A stretch of 63,665 nt of DNA, counting the filler, from Hausera hauseri (taxonomy: Eukaryota): assembly GCA_046269625.1 (NCBI GenBank). It is 10 parts of 10 records of this genome, joined end to end, with 100 filler letters (N's around TTAATTAATTAA, not from the genome) between each part and the next. Parts side by side here need not be neighbours in the genome. Positions count along the whole stretch, not along the records: positions 1 to 16,765 come from JBJURY010255513.1; 9 more parts are not named here. One strand, 5' to 3'. Within the stretch, counting starts at the first letter, position 1. Every line of letters starts with the position of its first letter. Below, in pieces: positions 1-9,530 of the stretch. Both the position numbers and the translations under genes were made by a program. The notes beneath the pieces are model-generated. The model did no database searches and had not been told where the DNA came from. It was given only the letters and a program-made list of their open reading frames with translations.

Positions 1-117
1 AAACAATATCATTTTACAAATCAAATCGACAAACATCGGAACACAAATATCAATTTACAAAGTTCAGCGTTCTAACATACGCCGGGGCAAAGATTGCGCC
101 TTACCACTGGCGCCAGA

Positions 118-1641
118 TCAGTCATCGTCATCAACATCCACTGAAGTGGGGAGAGGGGCAATGAAAGCTGAAGGTGGCGGGTGTGCACTGAGAGGGAGGT
201 CGAACCAATTAACTGGGGGCGGAATGAAATTTGCAAGGTGTGGGTGAATCTGGGCAGCCGCTGGTGTCCAGATAGTGTCCAATTTGTTAAGACGAGATAA
301 GTGACGGAATAAGTCAAAAACATCATTGAGCATATTGGTGTAATTCAAAGTTCCAATAGAACGAATACGATTTATGCGGCATGCATCACGATAAGAAACA
401 AAACCCCATGGGCCTCTTTGTAATTCGATACTTCCCAGTATATCGTCATAACTTTGAGCAAAGCAGGCTAAGAACTGAGCAACGTCAAAAGTAACTAAGA
501 CACGTCCATAAGTGCATCGAGCCACATGCAACATGACTAGGTTGAAATCTGGAGCCGAGTCGAGCATTTGGAGGGAAATGCCATGAATGTGAGATTCGAC
601 ATTAGACAAACGCACTCGTGGGTTAATGAGTGTGGTATAACGCTGTATTAAGGAGTCGTTCTGAATTTCCCCCAGGCTTACTCCGATACATATTTTAATA
701 GCTCCAGAAAGAGCGGTTGTAAATCCCACGAGGAGGAGATCAGAATCTACTGGTTGTCTAGCTAACCTCATGAAAGAAGAAGAGTTCAATTCAGGAGGTG
801 GCAAGGGTAGTAAAGAACAATCCATCGTACGAGTTGTACCATTAGAGGACTGGGACCAATAATCGAGCCAAGGTGACGGAATAGTGTGTTCAATTTCAAT
901 CATAATAGTTGTGGGTACCGTGACAATTTGTATTTTCGGACCCATGTTATTCCATACCGATCGGGAAAAACGGATTGAGGCATACTGAGGAATAGGAATA
1001 TCAAATTCATCTGTTTGACGTGACCACTGAAACTTGAGTTGACCTTCAGCCACAGACAAAAGAGTATCATGAAGGGTATATTGTAAGTCCGGTTGTTCAA
1101 TCAAATCCTCAACAAAGGTTCGAAGTGGTAGTGTACCTTTGTGTCGAAAGCGGTTGATTATAATTGATCTATTTTGGAGGCTATTACCCTTTAACCAATT
1201 AGGTAATGAGAACGGTGTTTTGTAGCACACGGTAGGGTGGACTAGAGAATTGGCCTTAATGGATTTATATGCATTGTTAGAGCGGGCTATTTCTTGAATT
1301 TCGGATGGAGATTGCATATTAGCGATTTGTATCGGCAACCCGGGAAGACTGCGTAGGTGAAGACTCTGGGCTGTATTATCCACAAAACGTAAGGAGAATT
1401 CATCTGGCTGCGATGTTTCAATGTTAGATGATTGTGCTGGTCTGCCATCGGCGGGTATCTCGTCACCCAGGCCGTATAAGAAATTCACGGCATTGGGTGT
1501 TGCTGTATTGCCCGATGAGGGGATGACTGTTTTTCGCCCACGTAACCAAGTTAAATAAGTTGGCTCGGCCACTGAAGGTAAGGAAGAATAAGAAAAATTC
1601 GCCACAGCCATGCAGCTCGCAGCTGTAGCCAAAAGTAACCG
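118..1641 (-). CDS. ORF4, accessory protein with a degenerate DnaQ/DEDDh exonuclease-like domain; in frame with pol after one TGA
   Basis: 504+ codon ORF. The segment RYTTLINP...IHGISLQMLDSAPDF...GRVLV resembles the DnaQ-family F.TLINP...IHGIT.EML..AP.F...VLVAHN motif. Confidence 0.65.
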   Translation of the reverse strand, partial: RLLLATAASCMAVANFSYSSLPSVAEPTYLTWLRGRKTVIPSSGNTATPNAVNFLYGLGDEIPADGRPAQSSNIETSQPDEFSLRFVDNTAQSLHLRSLPGLPIQIANMQSPSEIQEIARSNNAYKSIKANSLVHPTVCYKTPFSLPNWLKGNSLQNRSIIINRFRHKGTLPLRTFVEDLIEQPDLQYTLHDTLLSVAEGQLKFQWSRQTDEFDIPIPQYASIRFSRSVWNNMGPKIQIVTVPTTIMIEIEHTIPSPWLDYWSQSSNGTTRTMDCSLLPLPPPELNSSSFMRLARQPVDSDLLLVGFTTALSGAIKICIGVSLGEIQNDSLIQRYTTLINPRVRLSNVESHIHGISLQMLDSAPDFNLVMLHVARCTYGRVLVTFDVAQFLACFAQSYDDILGSIELQRGPWGFVSYRDACRINRIRSIGTLNYTNMLNDVFDLFRHLSRLNKLDTIWTPAAAQIHPHLANFIPPPVNWFDLPLSAHPPPSAFIAPLPTSVDVDDDD

Positions 1642-4600
1642 TCATAATATTACCTCATAGTTTAGGTCATAAGTTTGACATCTGGGGTTTCGCATATGAG
1701 TTTTAGTATTCTTACTGTTGATTGTAAGATTTTCATACATACTTCCAATTTCTCTATCTGTATTTGGGGGGTGTTTTTGGAGCCAAAGAATAAGGACAGA
1801 AACTAAGACGACCGATCCTATAACGACTAGAAGAGCAATAATCAAGGAGTATACAACAAAACTGTCAACAGACATTTCCGTTACGGTTTCAATTGAAGGG
1901 GCCATACTTATAACATGGCGAAAACCATGAAGGTTCATTGAATCAGTCAATGTCTTGCACGGTAAGGGAGTCGTTCGTTGAGAAACGGAAGGATACTGTT
2001 TTTGTTCACTTTTGAATACAGGCGTTGCGCGAATTTGAAAATATCGTTGGGTAGTCGACAGGGCAGAGGTTATGATGTTATCACGTAATGACATTAGCAC
2101 AGGAAATTGCAGGATGGCGTTAAGTAACAAAAAATTGTTAAAACCAGGTACAGTAAAGCTTAGTTTCACTTTATCCTTACTGATATTTGATACCATAGTA
2201 CTATAATTGGTTTTAATAAGGATGTTATTGGAGGTGAGGTGCTTTACGTTAATATTAGCTGGAGTAAGGCATAATATTTTCAATGCTCTGTGATGTGACC
2301 CTATTACTACTGTGGTCAGATCCAACTTCTGTCTTATAGCAATCCAAGGGATTGTATAAATTTCCTTTAATTTATTGTCGAATGTTGTTGCTACTCCTTC
2401 CCACAAGTACTCTCCGGATATTTTTAACGGCTTGGCTGGAGCTTGGATCCATTGGAAAGTCAAATATCGATGTGCATAACTTACGTGGCAATTTAGTTGC
2501 AACCATACAGCTTCACTGTAATTAAATTCTTGGTGATCTATTCTAAGGGGTTCAAGGGCCTCCCCAAGCCTACTAATTGAGAGTGGGCAAATTTGTCCTA
2601 TTGAAACAGCCCGTAATTGTAGCCCCCTATGTTTTTCACACCAGAATAGTAAAACTGGGATTTCCCTGTGATATATAAATGTCGGTGCCTTCAGCAATTC
2701 GGAGTTCCATCTACTGATTTGTGTACTATTAACCCATTCTTCAATTACTTGCTGTAAGGCTTCTTCGTCCGAATGTACATAGTAGCAGTGGCCTCCTGGT
2801 GACTTAAACATACAATGGAATCGTTGGTAGCGGTGACGGCCTTGTACCAAAAAGATATTGACCTTAATGTTGTGAAGGAAGTCCGACACAAAGGTATATA
2901 AACGTAATTCATTCCTTTGCTTTGTCCATCCCCATTGAATTTTTATTCCGTGTGATAAAGATAATAAGCATAGCAATAAACAAAACATGTACAATATAGA
3001 AAACTTCGGCACGCCTAGATTTGTTGGAGCTAACTCGTTCCTGGTCTGGTTAATGCCAACATCCTGAGGTATTACCGTAACTAATTGTGTAGGGGCCTTT
3101 TTGCACCGATCTGCTGCTACAGTTATGATTTCGTCTCGCTTCCCGATTTTTTTTCGTATAAAAATGTTCGTTTCTGTAACATTTTCCACTTTATAGGGAC
3201 CTTTCCACGGGCGAGCTAATTTTGGTGACTTACCTTTTTTTACTGCAGGTTCCAAAAGCATCACGAAATCGCCTTGTTTGATTGAGTGAGGACGTGCCTT
3301 TTTATCGTAATTTCCCTTATATGTTTTCTGATAATCAAGTGTTAACGATTGTGCTAAGGCCCATGCTTTCGTCAATCGTTCCTTCAAATAGTTTACATAG
3401 TTCGGTTCATGTTTTGCCAGGGTCTCATCTGGAATTATTTCTAAATCCTTCGGCAGAAGTGGGTCACGCCCATACATAAGGAAGAATGGTGGTTGCTGTG
3501 TTGCCGAGTGTGGCGCAGTTCGCAAGGCGAACATACAAGCTGGGATGAACAAATCCCAGTCATCTTGTCTATCGTCCGTTACCGTAGCCAACATTGATAA
3601 TAATGTGCCATTTAATTTCTCGACCATACCATCACAGCAAGGGTGATAAGCAGCTGTTTTAAGCTTATATATAGAGAACAATCGGCAAACCTCTTGGAAC
3701 ATTTTATTTATAAATTCCGTTCCTTGATCTGTTAATATTTTCCTGGGAGCACCGTACCTGAACACTATTTCCTCGACAAATAATGCTGCAACAGTAAAAG
3801 CTGATTTATCAGCCATTGGAAATGCCTCTGGGAATCTAGTCAAGTAATCTACAAACACCAATATGTATTGGTTCCCGCTCTGCGTCTTCGGTAACGGTCC
3901 GATTATATCCATCGCTGAAAATTCCATGGGACTCGCTGGTGGTGGTATCGGATGCAACGGAGGTTTACATCGGTATCCCCTATTTCGTCTGGTCGCACAG
4001 ATCTTACAGCTTGCACACCATTGTTCGACATCCTTTTGAATTGTGCGCCAGTAATATTTTCGTTTAATTCTACCCAATGTCTTCTTATATGCAGGATGCC
4101 CTGCTAATAATCCGTCATGTTCTTGTTGCATAATGTCGTGTCGCCTAGATTCTGGTATCACTACCAACTGCCGATCATTGTACCAATAGCGTAATAATTC
4201 AGATGCAATAAGGTATTTTGCACCTTGACTTACCAAGTGTTGTATTAGTTCTTTATGAGAGGTATTAATTTTTCGTGTTCGCACAAATTCTCTGATTACT
4301 CTCAATTCCGCATCTTGCTCTTGTTGGTTAATCAGCATCTGAATTTCATCATCTGGGATATGTGCCGTAGTTATCTGGAAGGTCATTAATTGTGATATGT
4401 GTTTTGATTCACATCCTTCCTCCAAGCATTCTAGCTCTCGTTTAGTAGCGGGTCTACGTGACAACCCGTCCGCATTTTTATTATTTCTACCAGGCCGATA
4501 AAACACAGTTAAATTGTATGCTTGCAATTTTAGTTGCCACCGTTTTAGTCTTGAGTACGGATCTTTTACTGTTGAAAACTCTAACGGTGCATGATCTGTG

Positions 4601-6909
4601 AAGACTTTCACTTCATGACCCCATACGTAATATCGGAATTTTTCAATTGCAAAGACAATAGCCAACATTTCCTTTTCTATTACAGCATATTTTTGTTCAG
4701 TTTCCGACAAGGTTCTGCTTGCATACGCAATTACGTATTCCCATTTTGAGTCTGGTGGCATTTGTGATAACACAGCTCCCAATCCAGTGTTACTTGCGTC
4801 TGTAAATATAATGAATGGCAAGGAAAAGTCTGGATATCTGAGTATTGGTGCTGAAGACAACAGTTTCTTTAGTGTGTCAAATGATTCCTGGGTTTCTATC
4901 GTCCATAGGAATTTAGTTCCTTCATGCGTTAACGCAAATAATGGAGCTGCTATTGTACTAAAGTTTGGAACATGTTTTCTATAATAACCACACGTACCCA
5001 AAAACGCGCGTAGCTCTGTTATATTCTTCGGTATAGGCCATGCTGTGATGGCGGACACTTTTTCTGGGTTTACTTCTATGCCCTCAGCTGAAACAATGTG
5101 TCCAAGAAAAACAACTTTCAACATTGCAAATACACATTTCTTAAGTTTCAATTTGAATCCCCAAATTTCTAGTAAATCAAGAATTCTTTCGATATCATCT
5201 AGATGTTCGTCCAAGGTTCGTGAAAATATCACGATATCATCAATATAAACCATTGCGTGCGTACAGTCTAGCAGCATTGCCTCTAAGGCTTCTTGAAACG
5301 TTGAAGGTGCGTTACATAATCCAAAGGGCATTACATTGAACTCATATTGGCCTTTACCGGCGGAAAATGCTGTCTTATATTTATCCTCCTCAGCCAGTGG
5401 TACTTGCCAATACCCACTTTGCATGTCCATCGTTGTAAAATATTTGGAGCCTCGTAGTTTATCAAATATATCTTCCTGTAGTGGGAGTGGATATGAGTTC
5501 TTTACTGTTTGACTATTTAACTGTTGGAAATCCACACAAATTCTGGCTCCCCCGTCCTTTTTTGCTGCTACTACAATTGGCGATAGCCATGAAGAATTAC
5601 TTTTTCTGATGACATCATTTTCTAACATTTGTTGTAATTGACGGTTAACTTCTTCTTGCAGTGCATGTGGGATGCGATATGGTCGTTGCTTAATTGGCCT
5701 TTCATTTAATAAAGGGATGTGATGGACTACGCGGTCGGTTTTACCCAGGTCTGCATCTGATTTAGCAAAGGCCCTTAGGTGCCTTTTAAGAACACACAAC
5801 AGACGTATTTTATCTTTTCCAATTAAATCGGTTTTTATACTGTCCGCCTCTTCGAACGTGCTGATGCATTCTTCGGGCTGAATGATGTGCGATATTGCAC
5901 ATAACTGTCCAATAGTTGTATTTTGTCTGAGTACAACCGCTTGTCTATCGGTATTTACTACTCGAACTGGCAAATAGCCATCTTTAATGGGACTAATACT
6001 GCACGCTGCTTTTATTCCAAGCCTCCTATTTGAGGTTACATCAGGTTCGAATAGCATAGTTCCATTTACCATGTTTGGTGCATAACCTTGTATAATGTGT
6101 TCACTTGTGGGTTCCAATATGATTCCTTCTGGTACAATAACTACTTCCTTCCGGAATTTTACCGCTGGTATCGCGAGCTGTCCTGTAGCTAGGTTCAGAT
6201 ATCGTCCTGTACATTTACGTTGTAAATCAAGTCCCACAATTACATCCTCAACTAACTTATCGAATACTTTGAATGTGTGCTTCAGGCGTTTATTATAAAG
6301 TATTATATAAGTCGTCCAATAACCTACTGGCATTAATTTGTCGCCCCATCCTGATACAGTTGCTCGGTCCTCTTTCTTGGGGGGGGGCAGTTCAGATCTG
6401 TATCTCTCTGGTATACTCGATAATAACACTATTGAATCGTCACAACCAGTATCCACTAGAGCCACAACGTCCCAATCTTCGTGAATGGTTACTAAAGTAT
6501 ATGGCCTTTTCGTGTCCATCTTACTTTTACTAGATCGAAATGCACAGAAGTTACTAAAACTTGGTACTCTTACGTTCATGTTTTCGATTTCTGTATCCGA
6601 ATTTTCCTCATCTTCTGGCTTTATTTCGGTGATAGGTAATCTACTTGGTGTGACGATTTTTATGCCTTTCAACTGTTGTCGTAACTCTCGGTATTTAATA
6701 TATTTAGCTTTGCTACCGCTATATAACGCATCTAATTGATCATCTTTTAACTTCTCCAGACCATCTTTATCTGTTACGGGTAACTTGGGCAACGGTCTTC
6801 CCTGATTCCTAGGTTTGATTTGGTGCAGTCGAGTACAACTATTAATTTTATTGTCTCGTTCCTCACTCCTAGAATTCTTTATCCACCCCCATACATTTTT
6901 TTGGGTATT
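1642..6909 (-). CDS. pol: Pol polyprotein (aspartic protease, RT, RNase H, integrase) with in-frame C-terminal type I membrane protein extension
   Basis: ALVDTG; YIDD; TDAS...EKEMLA...TDH; HHCC; MDIIGP/TDQG/VEKLN; WKGPY. Then the signal-like FSILYMFCLLLCLLSLSHG and TM FVVYSLIIALLVVIGSVVLVSVLILWL. The frame is open from 6909. Confidence 0.93.
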   Translation of the reverse strand, partial: NTQKNVWGWIKNSRSEERDNKINSCTRLHQIKPRNQGRPLPKLPVTDKDGLEKLKDDQLDALYSGSKAKYIKYRELRQQLKGIKIVTPSRLPITEIKPEDEENSDTEIENMNVRVPSFSNFCAFRSSKSKMDTKRPYTLVTIHEDWDVVALVDTGCDDSIVLLSSIPERYRSELPPPKKEDRATVSGWGDKLMPVGYWTTYIILYNKRLKHTFKVFDKLVEDVIVGLDLQRKCTGRYLNLATGQLAIPAVKFRKEVVIVPEGIILEPTSEHIIQGYAPNMVNGTMLFEPDVTSNRRLGIKAACSISPIKDGYLPVRVVNTDRQAVVLRQNTTIGQLCAISHIIQPEECISTFEEADSIKTDLIGKDKIRLLCVLKRHLRAFAKSDADLGKTDRVVHHIPLLNERPIKQRPYRIPHALQEEVNRQLQQMLENDVIRKSNSSWLSPIVVAAKKDGGARICVDFQQLNSQTVKNSYPLPLQEDIFDKLRGSKYFTTMDMQSGYWQVPLAEEDKYKTAFSAGKGQYEFNVMPFGLCNAPSTFQEALEAMLLDCTHAMVYIDDIVIFSRTLDEHLDDIERILDLLEIWGFKLKLKKCVFAMLKVVFLGHIVSAEGIEVNPEKVSAITAWPIPKNITELRAFLGTCGYYRKHVPNFSTIAAPLFALTHEGTKFLWTIETQESFDTLKKLLSSAPILRYPDFSLPFIIFTDASNTGLGAVLSQMPPDSKWEYVIAYASRTLSETEQKYAVIEKEMLAIVFAIEKFRYYVWGHEVKVFTDHAPLEFSTVKDPYSRLKRWQLKLQAYNLTVFYRPGRNNKNADGLSRRPATKRELECLEEGCESKHISQLMTFQITTAHIPDDEIQMLINQQEQDAELRVIREFVRTRKINTSHKELIQHLVSQGAKYLIASELLRYWYNDRQLVVIPESRRHDIMQQEHDGLLAGHPAYKKTLGRIKRKYYWRTIQKDVEQWCASCKICATRRNRGYRCKPPLHPIPPPASPMEFSAMDIIGPLPKTQSGNQYILVFVDYLTRFPEAFPMADKSAFTVAALFVEEIVFRYGAPRKILTDQGTEFINKMFQEVCRLFSIYKLKTAAYHPCCDGMVEKLNGTLLSMLATVTDDRQDDWDLFIPACMFALRTAPHSATQQPPFFLMYGRDPLLPKDLEIIPDETLAKHEPNYVNYLKERLTKAWALAQSLTLDYQKTYKGNYDKKARPHSIKQGDFVMLLEPAVKKGKSPKLARPWKGPYKVENVTETNIFIRKKIGKRDEIITVAADRCKKAPTQLVTVIPQDVGINQTRNELAPTNLGVPKFSILYMFCLLLCLLSLSHGIKIQWGWTKQRNELRLYTFVSDFLHNIKVNIFLVQGRHRYQRFHCMFKSPGGHCYYVHSDEEALQQVIEEWVNSTQISRWNSELLKAPTFIYHREIPVLLFWCEKHRGLQLRAVSIGQICPLSISRLGEALEPLRIDHQEFNYSEAVWLQLNCHVSYAHRYLTFQWIQAPAKPLKISGEYLWEGVATTFDNKLKEIYTIPWIAIRQKLDLTTVVIGSHHRALKILCLTPANINVKHLTSNNILIKTNYSTMVSNISKDKVKLSFTVPGFNNFLLLNAILQFPVLMSLRDNIITSALSTTQRYFQIRATPVFKSEQKQYPSVSQRTTPLPCKTLTDSMNLHGFRHVISMAPSIETVTEMSVDSFVVYSLIIALLVVIGSVVLVSVLILWLQKHPPNTDREIGSMYENLTINSKNTKTHMRNPRCQTYDLNYEVIL

Positions 6910-9530
6910 TTACTACTTTTTATTTTTCGTTGCTTTGACCATTTGGATCCATAAACGCTCACTCTATCTGCTCCTCCACCACCATAATCTTCGTCTCGCT
7001 TTTCTCTCTCCCTCATCCACTGGGCCATAAATGCATGTTGTAAGCATCTGGCTAACGGCGGACAAAGTGCTGTTAGTATTTTCTTGGAACAACCAAAAAG
7101 TTGGAAATTTATAAATCCATTAGTTATTTGTGCGATTATCGTTCGTAGAATTTGCACTATGAAGTAAATAGCTAGAAATCCAGATGACACTTGTCCAAAC
7201 GTCATCATTCCCCCCCATAACTTTTTGAATATCGTCTTAGCTGCCTTGGTAAAATGATCCGGGCTTAAGATGTTTTCCCAGTTTGTTTTTCCATTTCCTG
7301 TATCAGTAACTTTCTGTGTATATGACACTATAAGCCTTTGTAATTGTTTCGGAAACAATAAGTATCTTCTTAATTTTTCCATACTAGCCTCATCGTACAA
7401 ACCTCCTTGAAAAAAATTAACATTATTGTCGAACTTCAATTGTTGTTTTAATGCCAGCATTGTCAGTTTCTTGGGAGTTATTATTTTCGTTCTTGACGGC
7501 ATCGTAACCCAGTGATCATGTCCAATCTTAAACAGTGGTGCAACGTTTCTTATGCACTCCTTTAATACCGTTGGATCTTCGGTTGGTATCAACATTACTC
7601 TCGTTATTGGTGCTACGTATCTTATGTGCCCATTATATTTTACGGCTATTTCATTGGTACATATCGTAGTATCTACCACTGGTACGTCAACTTCCCGACA
7701 CTGAAAGGTTACTAACCCTTCTCCAGTAGTTCTACCGAATACTCCTCGTTGTTTTGTTGGTAGGATTGGGGTATCTATCGAAGGGTTATGGGCTGCTACT
7801 GTGACTCGTAATGCCAATAGATCCTGTGTTATCAAGCAGTCGTTTTGGAGCATTTCCTTGTATATTTTATACTGATTATTGAGCATATAGTGGAACAGAT
7901 AATCCATTTTACCGTTGTAATATACCATTGGTTTAATCTCAGTTGGGTGCACTTGTTTTTGCGCATCTACTACTTCTGTTGTCTTAAGGTATATATCTTC
8001 GACGTTAGTAGAATATACCTCTGTTTTACATTTGATCACTATTTGTTTTCTTATCAATCGTATTGCATCATCGACTGTTGACATTAGGACTGCCGGTGTC
8101 TCAATCTCTGTTAACCGTTGTACGTCCGTATCCTCAGTGTGCGTCGGTGTTGGCTTTGAAAATCTAACACCTTTTGTAATATTGAACGTTACAGCTTTAA
8201 TGAAGGCTAGATTACAGGTTATAACTTCCACGTTCCAGGTAATTATCGAATCTGTGGTAAAACAATACCCATTACCATATACACAGTCCATCCGAATCAT
8301 TAGTTTCAATGTGTCAGCGTCAAACGTAATTTCTTTATCGGTAACTGTCCATGCATACAGATTTTGTACCACTATCCGTGATACTTCATCCACAGTTTGT
8401 CCTGTACATGTCCCGTCTTTACCTACCATACCTCCTTCATTTATTGTTAGGTATTTAATACCATTAACTATTGTTGTTATTTCTACCTTGTCGTTTACCT
8501 TCAACTTACCCAGTCTCACAGCCTCTTTGCAATCGTCCGGCAGCACTCTCTGGGGCTCATCTGGTGACGCTATTAATAGGTTCGTTGAGTGAGTATGGGC
8601 TTTGCCACAATGCCATTTTTTTGTTTGTTTCGTCAATTTACATTCCAACGCTCTTACTCGAAAAAATTTATTTTCCTGATATATATAATATTTTGTTGAT
8701 GGTTCTGTTATCAGTTTGTCCGGTTCGGCATCAGGGCATTTCTCTAGATCAACTAAGGAGTACGTGGCTCCTACTTCTGGTTTATCGCAATCAAATGCCT
8801 TGATCCCCTGCCCTTGAGGTAGACGCCATAAAACTAACATAATTAACAAGACACTCATCATTCCTTCCAAATTCAATCGTGGCGCATTATCCAATATTTC
8901 CTCAAAACCTTTTATTATTTGTAGAAAACCCTTTTCCATGTTATAGGGATTTTTAACGGGCCGACCTTGCTTTTGCTGGTATCCTCGTTCTGCTGGTTGT
9001 GGGATATGATTAAGGTCCAACAATTTGTCCCACCCACCAAATCGCTGTGCTCCCCCGGATAAATTATTCTTTGCAATCTCCATCGCAATCTCGTTATTAT
9101 TTTCAAAGTCCTCTTGCTTTTCACTTGACATCTGTACTCTCATTGCTAAATATACGAGGATTGCGATCATACGGTCCTTCGACACTGCTCCATCCTGCAT
9201 CCATTTTTGAATTATCTCACTATCCTTTAACGGATCGATTGAACTTGGTAATTCTTCCTTCGTTATTGCTTTTTCCATTTGCTGCAATACTTGTTTAAGG
9301 TGCCCTTCAATACCATGATCACCTTCTTTTTCCTCCTCTTGTGACCAAGGTTTGTCATCATCCTTGTATAAGATTTTATAAATTTTATAAAAAGTTTGTT
9401 TAATTTGTCTACTCTCCGGATATAAATTATTCGTCTCGGTCGTACGCAAAGCTCGGGTTAGTGTGTCAACACTAATTTGTTCTATTAGATTTTTTTTGGT
9501 CTCCCTCTTGGTTTCTTTCTTATCTGGGCT
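6879..9530 (-). CDS. env: Envelope glycoprotein, chuvirus/gB-like (class III-type), preceded by a ~200 aa helical leader and internal signal sequence
   Basis: Hydrophobic MMSVLLIMLVLW is followed by GIKAFDC...TYSLVDLEKC, a Cys-rich ectodomain (DGTC, QNDC, FQC, TICTNEI), GGLY, and the TM region GQVSSGFLAIYFIVQILRTII. The frame is open from 9530. Confidence 0.8.
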   Translation of the reverse strand, partial: SPDKKETKRETKKNLIEQISVDTLTRALRTTETNNLYPESRQIKQTFYKIYKILYKDDDKPWSQEEEKEGDHGIEGHLKQVLQQMEKAITKEELPSSIDPLKDSEIIQKWMQDGAVSKDRMIAILVYLAMRVQMSSEKQEDFENNNEIAMEIAKNNLSGGAQRFGGWDKLLDLNHIPQPAERGYQQKQGRPVKNPYNMEKGFLQIIKGFEEILDNAPRLNLEGMMSVLLIMLVLWRLPQGQGIKAFDCDKPEVGATYSLVDLEKCPDAEPDKLITEPSTKYYIYQENKFFRVRALECKLTKQTKKWHCGKAHTHSTNLLIASPDEPQRVLPDDCKEAVRLGKLKVNDKVEITTIVNGIKYLTINEGGMVGKDGTCTGQTVDEVSRIVVQNLYAWTVTDKEITFDADTLKLMIRMDCVYGNGYCFTTDSIITWNVEVITCNLAFIKAVTFNITKGVRFSKPTPTHTEDTDVQRLTEIETPAVLMSTVDDAIRLIRKQIVIKCKTEVYSTNVEDIYLKTTEVVDAQKQVHPTEIKPMVYYNGKMDYLFHYMLNNQYKIYKEMLQNDCLITQDLLALRVTVAAHNPSIDTPILPTKQRGVFGRTTGEGLVTFQCREVDVPVVDTTICTNEIAVKYNGHIRYVAPITRVMLIPTEDPTVLKECIRNVAPLFKIGHDHWVTMPSRTKIITPKKLTMLALKQQLKFDNNVNFFQGGLYDEASMEKLRRYLLFPKQLQRLIVSYTQKVTDTGNGKTNWENILSPDHFTKAAKTIFKKLWGGMMTFGQVSSGFLAIYFIVQILRTIIAQITNGFINFQLFGCSKKILTALCPPLARCLQHAFMAQWMREREKRDEDYGGGGADRVSVYGSKWSKQRKIKSSKIPKKMYGGG

